A stretch of 227 nt of DNA from Escherichia coli (GTDB taxonomy: Bacteria; Pseudomonadota; Gammaproteobacteria; Enterobacterales; Enterobacteriaceae): assembly GCF_003334355.1 (NCBI RefSeq), contig NZ_QOWP01000119.1. One strand, 5' to 3'. The translations under genes were made by a program, and so were the position numbers. This document shows positions 1 to 227 of the stretch, in pieces; the first letter of the stretch is position 1; every line of letters begins with the position of its first letter. Under the pieces are notes generated by a model that was given only the letters and a program-made list of their open reading frames with translations, did not search any database and was not told the origin of the DNA.

Positions 1-1
1 G

Positions 2-77
2 TGGCGTCCCCTAGGGGATTCGAACCCCTGTTACCGCCGTGAAAGGGCGGTGTCCTGGGCCTCTAGACGAAGGGGAC
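2..77 (-). tRNA. gltU: tRNA-Glu (anticodon UUC), 76 nt, CCA encoded; spacer tRNA of an rrn operon
   Basis: Reverse complement of 2-77 reads GTCCCCTTCGTCTAGAGGCCCAGGACACCGCCCTTTCACGGCGGTAACAGGGGTTCGAATCCCCTAGGGGACGCCA. It folds as a canonical cloverleaf: 7-bp acceptor stem GUCCCCU/AGGGGAC, D stem GUCU/GGAC, anticodon stem CCGCC/GGCGG with loop CUUUCAC, 4-nt variable loop, T stem AGGGG/CCCCU with loop UUCGAAU, discriminator G and 3' CCA (plus 2-4 = tgg). The anticodon UUC is plus 41-43 (gaa). I recognise this as the E. coli tRNA-Glu sequence. The symbol is tentative: the E. coli K-12 copies gltT, gltU, gltV and gltW are identical in sequence. gltU (rrnG) is chosen only because the gene is on the minus strand, which fits K-12 orientation; in another genome or orientation it may be a different copy or carry no symbol. 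Confidence 0.97.
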
Positions 78-227
78 ACGAAAATTGCTTATCACGCGTT
101 GCGTGATATTTTCGTGTAGGGTGAGCTTTCATTAATAGAAAGCGAACGGCCTTATTCTCTTCAGCCTCACTCCCAACGCGTAAACGCCTTGCTATTCACT
201 TTTCATCAGACAATCTGTGTGAGCACT
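78..227 (-). other. 16S-23S rRNA intergenic transcribed spacer, 16S-to-tRNA-Glu segment (partial; 16S end lies beyond the window)
   Basis: The reverse complement begins AGTGCTCACACAGATTGTCTGATGAAAAGTG... and runs directly into the tRNA-Glu 5' end. I recognise this as the conserved sequence found shortly downstream of the 16S 3' end in Glu-type rrn spacers of E. coli and relatives. There is no credible ORF. Recognition is from recalled sequence, not a search, so exact species and operon copy are not established. Confidence 0.8.

Noticed and set aside
91-114. Hairpin followed by a T-run (atcacgc-gtt-gcgtgat then attttcg), resembling a rho-independent terminator
   Set aside because: The stem is only 7 bp with moderate GC and the T-tract is only four residues. 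It sits inside an rRNA operon immediately before an essential tRNA. It is better explained as the processing-related leader structure reported in the findings.
31-132. Minus-strand ORF of 33 codons, from ATG (plus 130-132) to TAA (plus 31-33)
   Set aside because: It runs through the tRNA-Glu gene on the same strand inside an rRNA operon spacer, has no Shine-Dalgarno sequence upstream, and is too short to be credible. The plus strand has no ATG at all. Judged a chance ORF.
178-187. Small palindrome gcgtaaacgc
   Set aside because: The possible stem is only 3-4 bp with a 2-4 nt loop, which is too weak to call a structural or protein-binding element without comparative support.
78-227. Inverted repeats as possible CRISPR repeats, transposon ends or a novel accessory system
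   Set aside because: The repeats are short, unique hairpins, not an array of direct repeats with spacers. There are no terminal inverted repeats flanking a coding region and no coding capacity. The entire window is accounted for by the tRNA and the rrn spacer, so I see no evidence of an undescribed system.

Overview
The whole window is explained by part of an enterobacterial (Escherichia/Shigella-like) ribosomal RNA operon transcribed on the minus strand. Positions 2-77 (-) encode a complete 76-nt tRNA-Glu (anticodon UUC) with a genome-encoded CCA end. Positions 78-227 are the 16S-proximal part of the 16S-23S intergenic spacer that carries this tRNA. The 16S 3' end should lie just beyond the right edge and the 23S gene beyond the left edge. 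I find no protein-coding gene, mobile element, CRISPR array or any sign of a novel system. The only observations beyond the annotation are short RNA hairpins in the spacer that probably relate to pre-rRNA/pre-tRNA processing. Recognition of the spacer is from memory of the E. coli rrn sequence, not from a database search.
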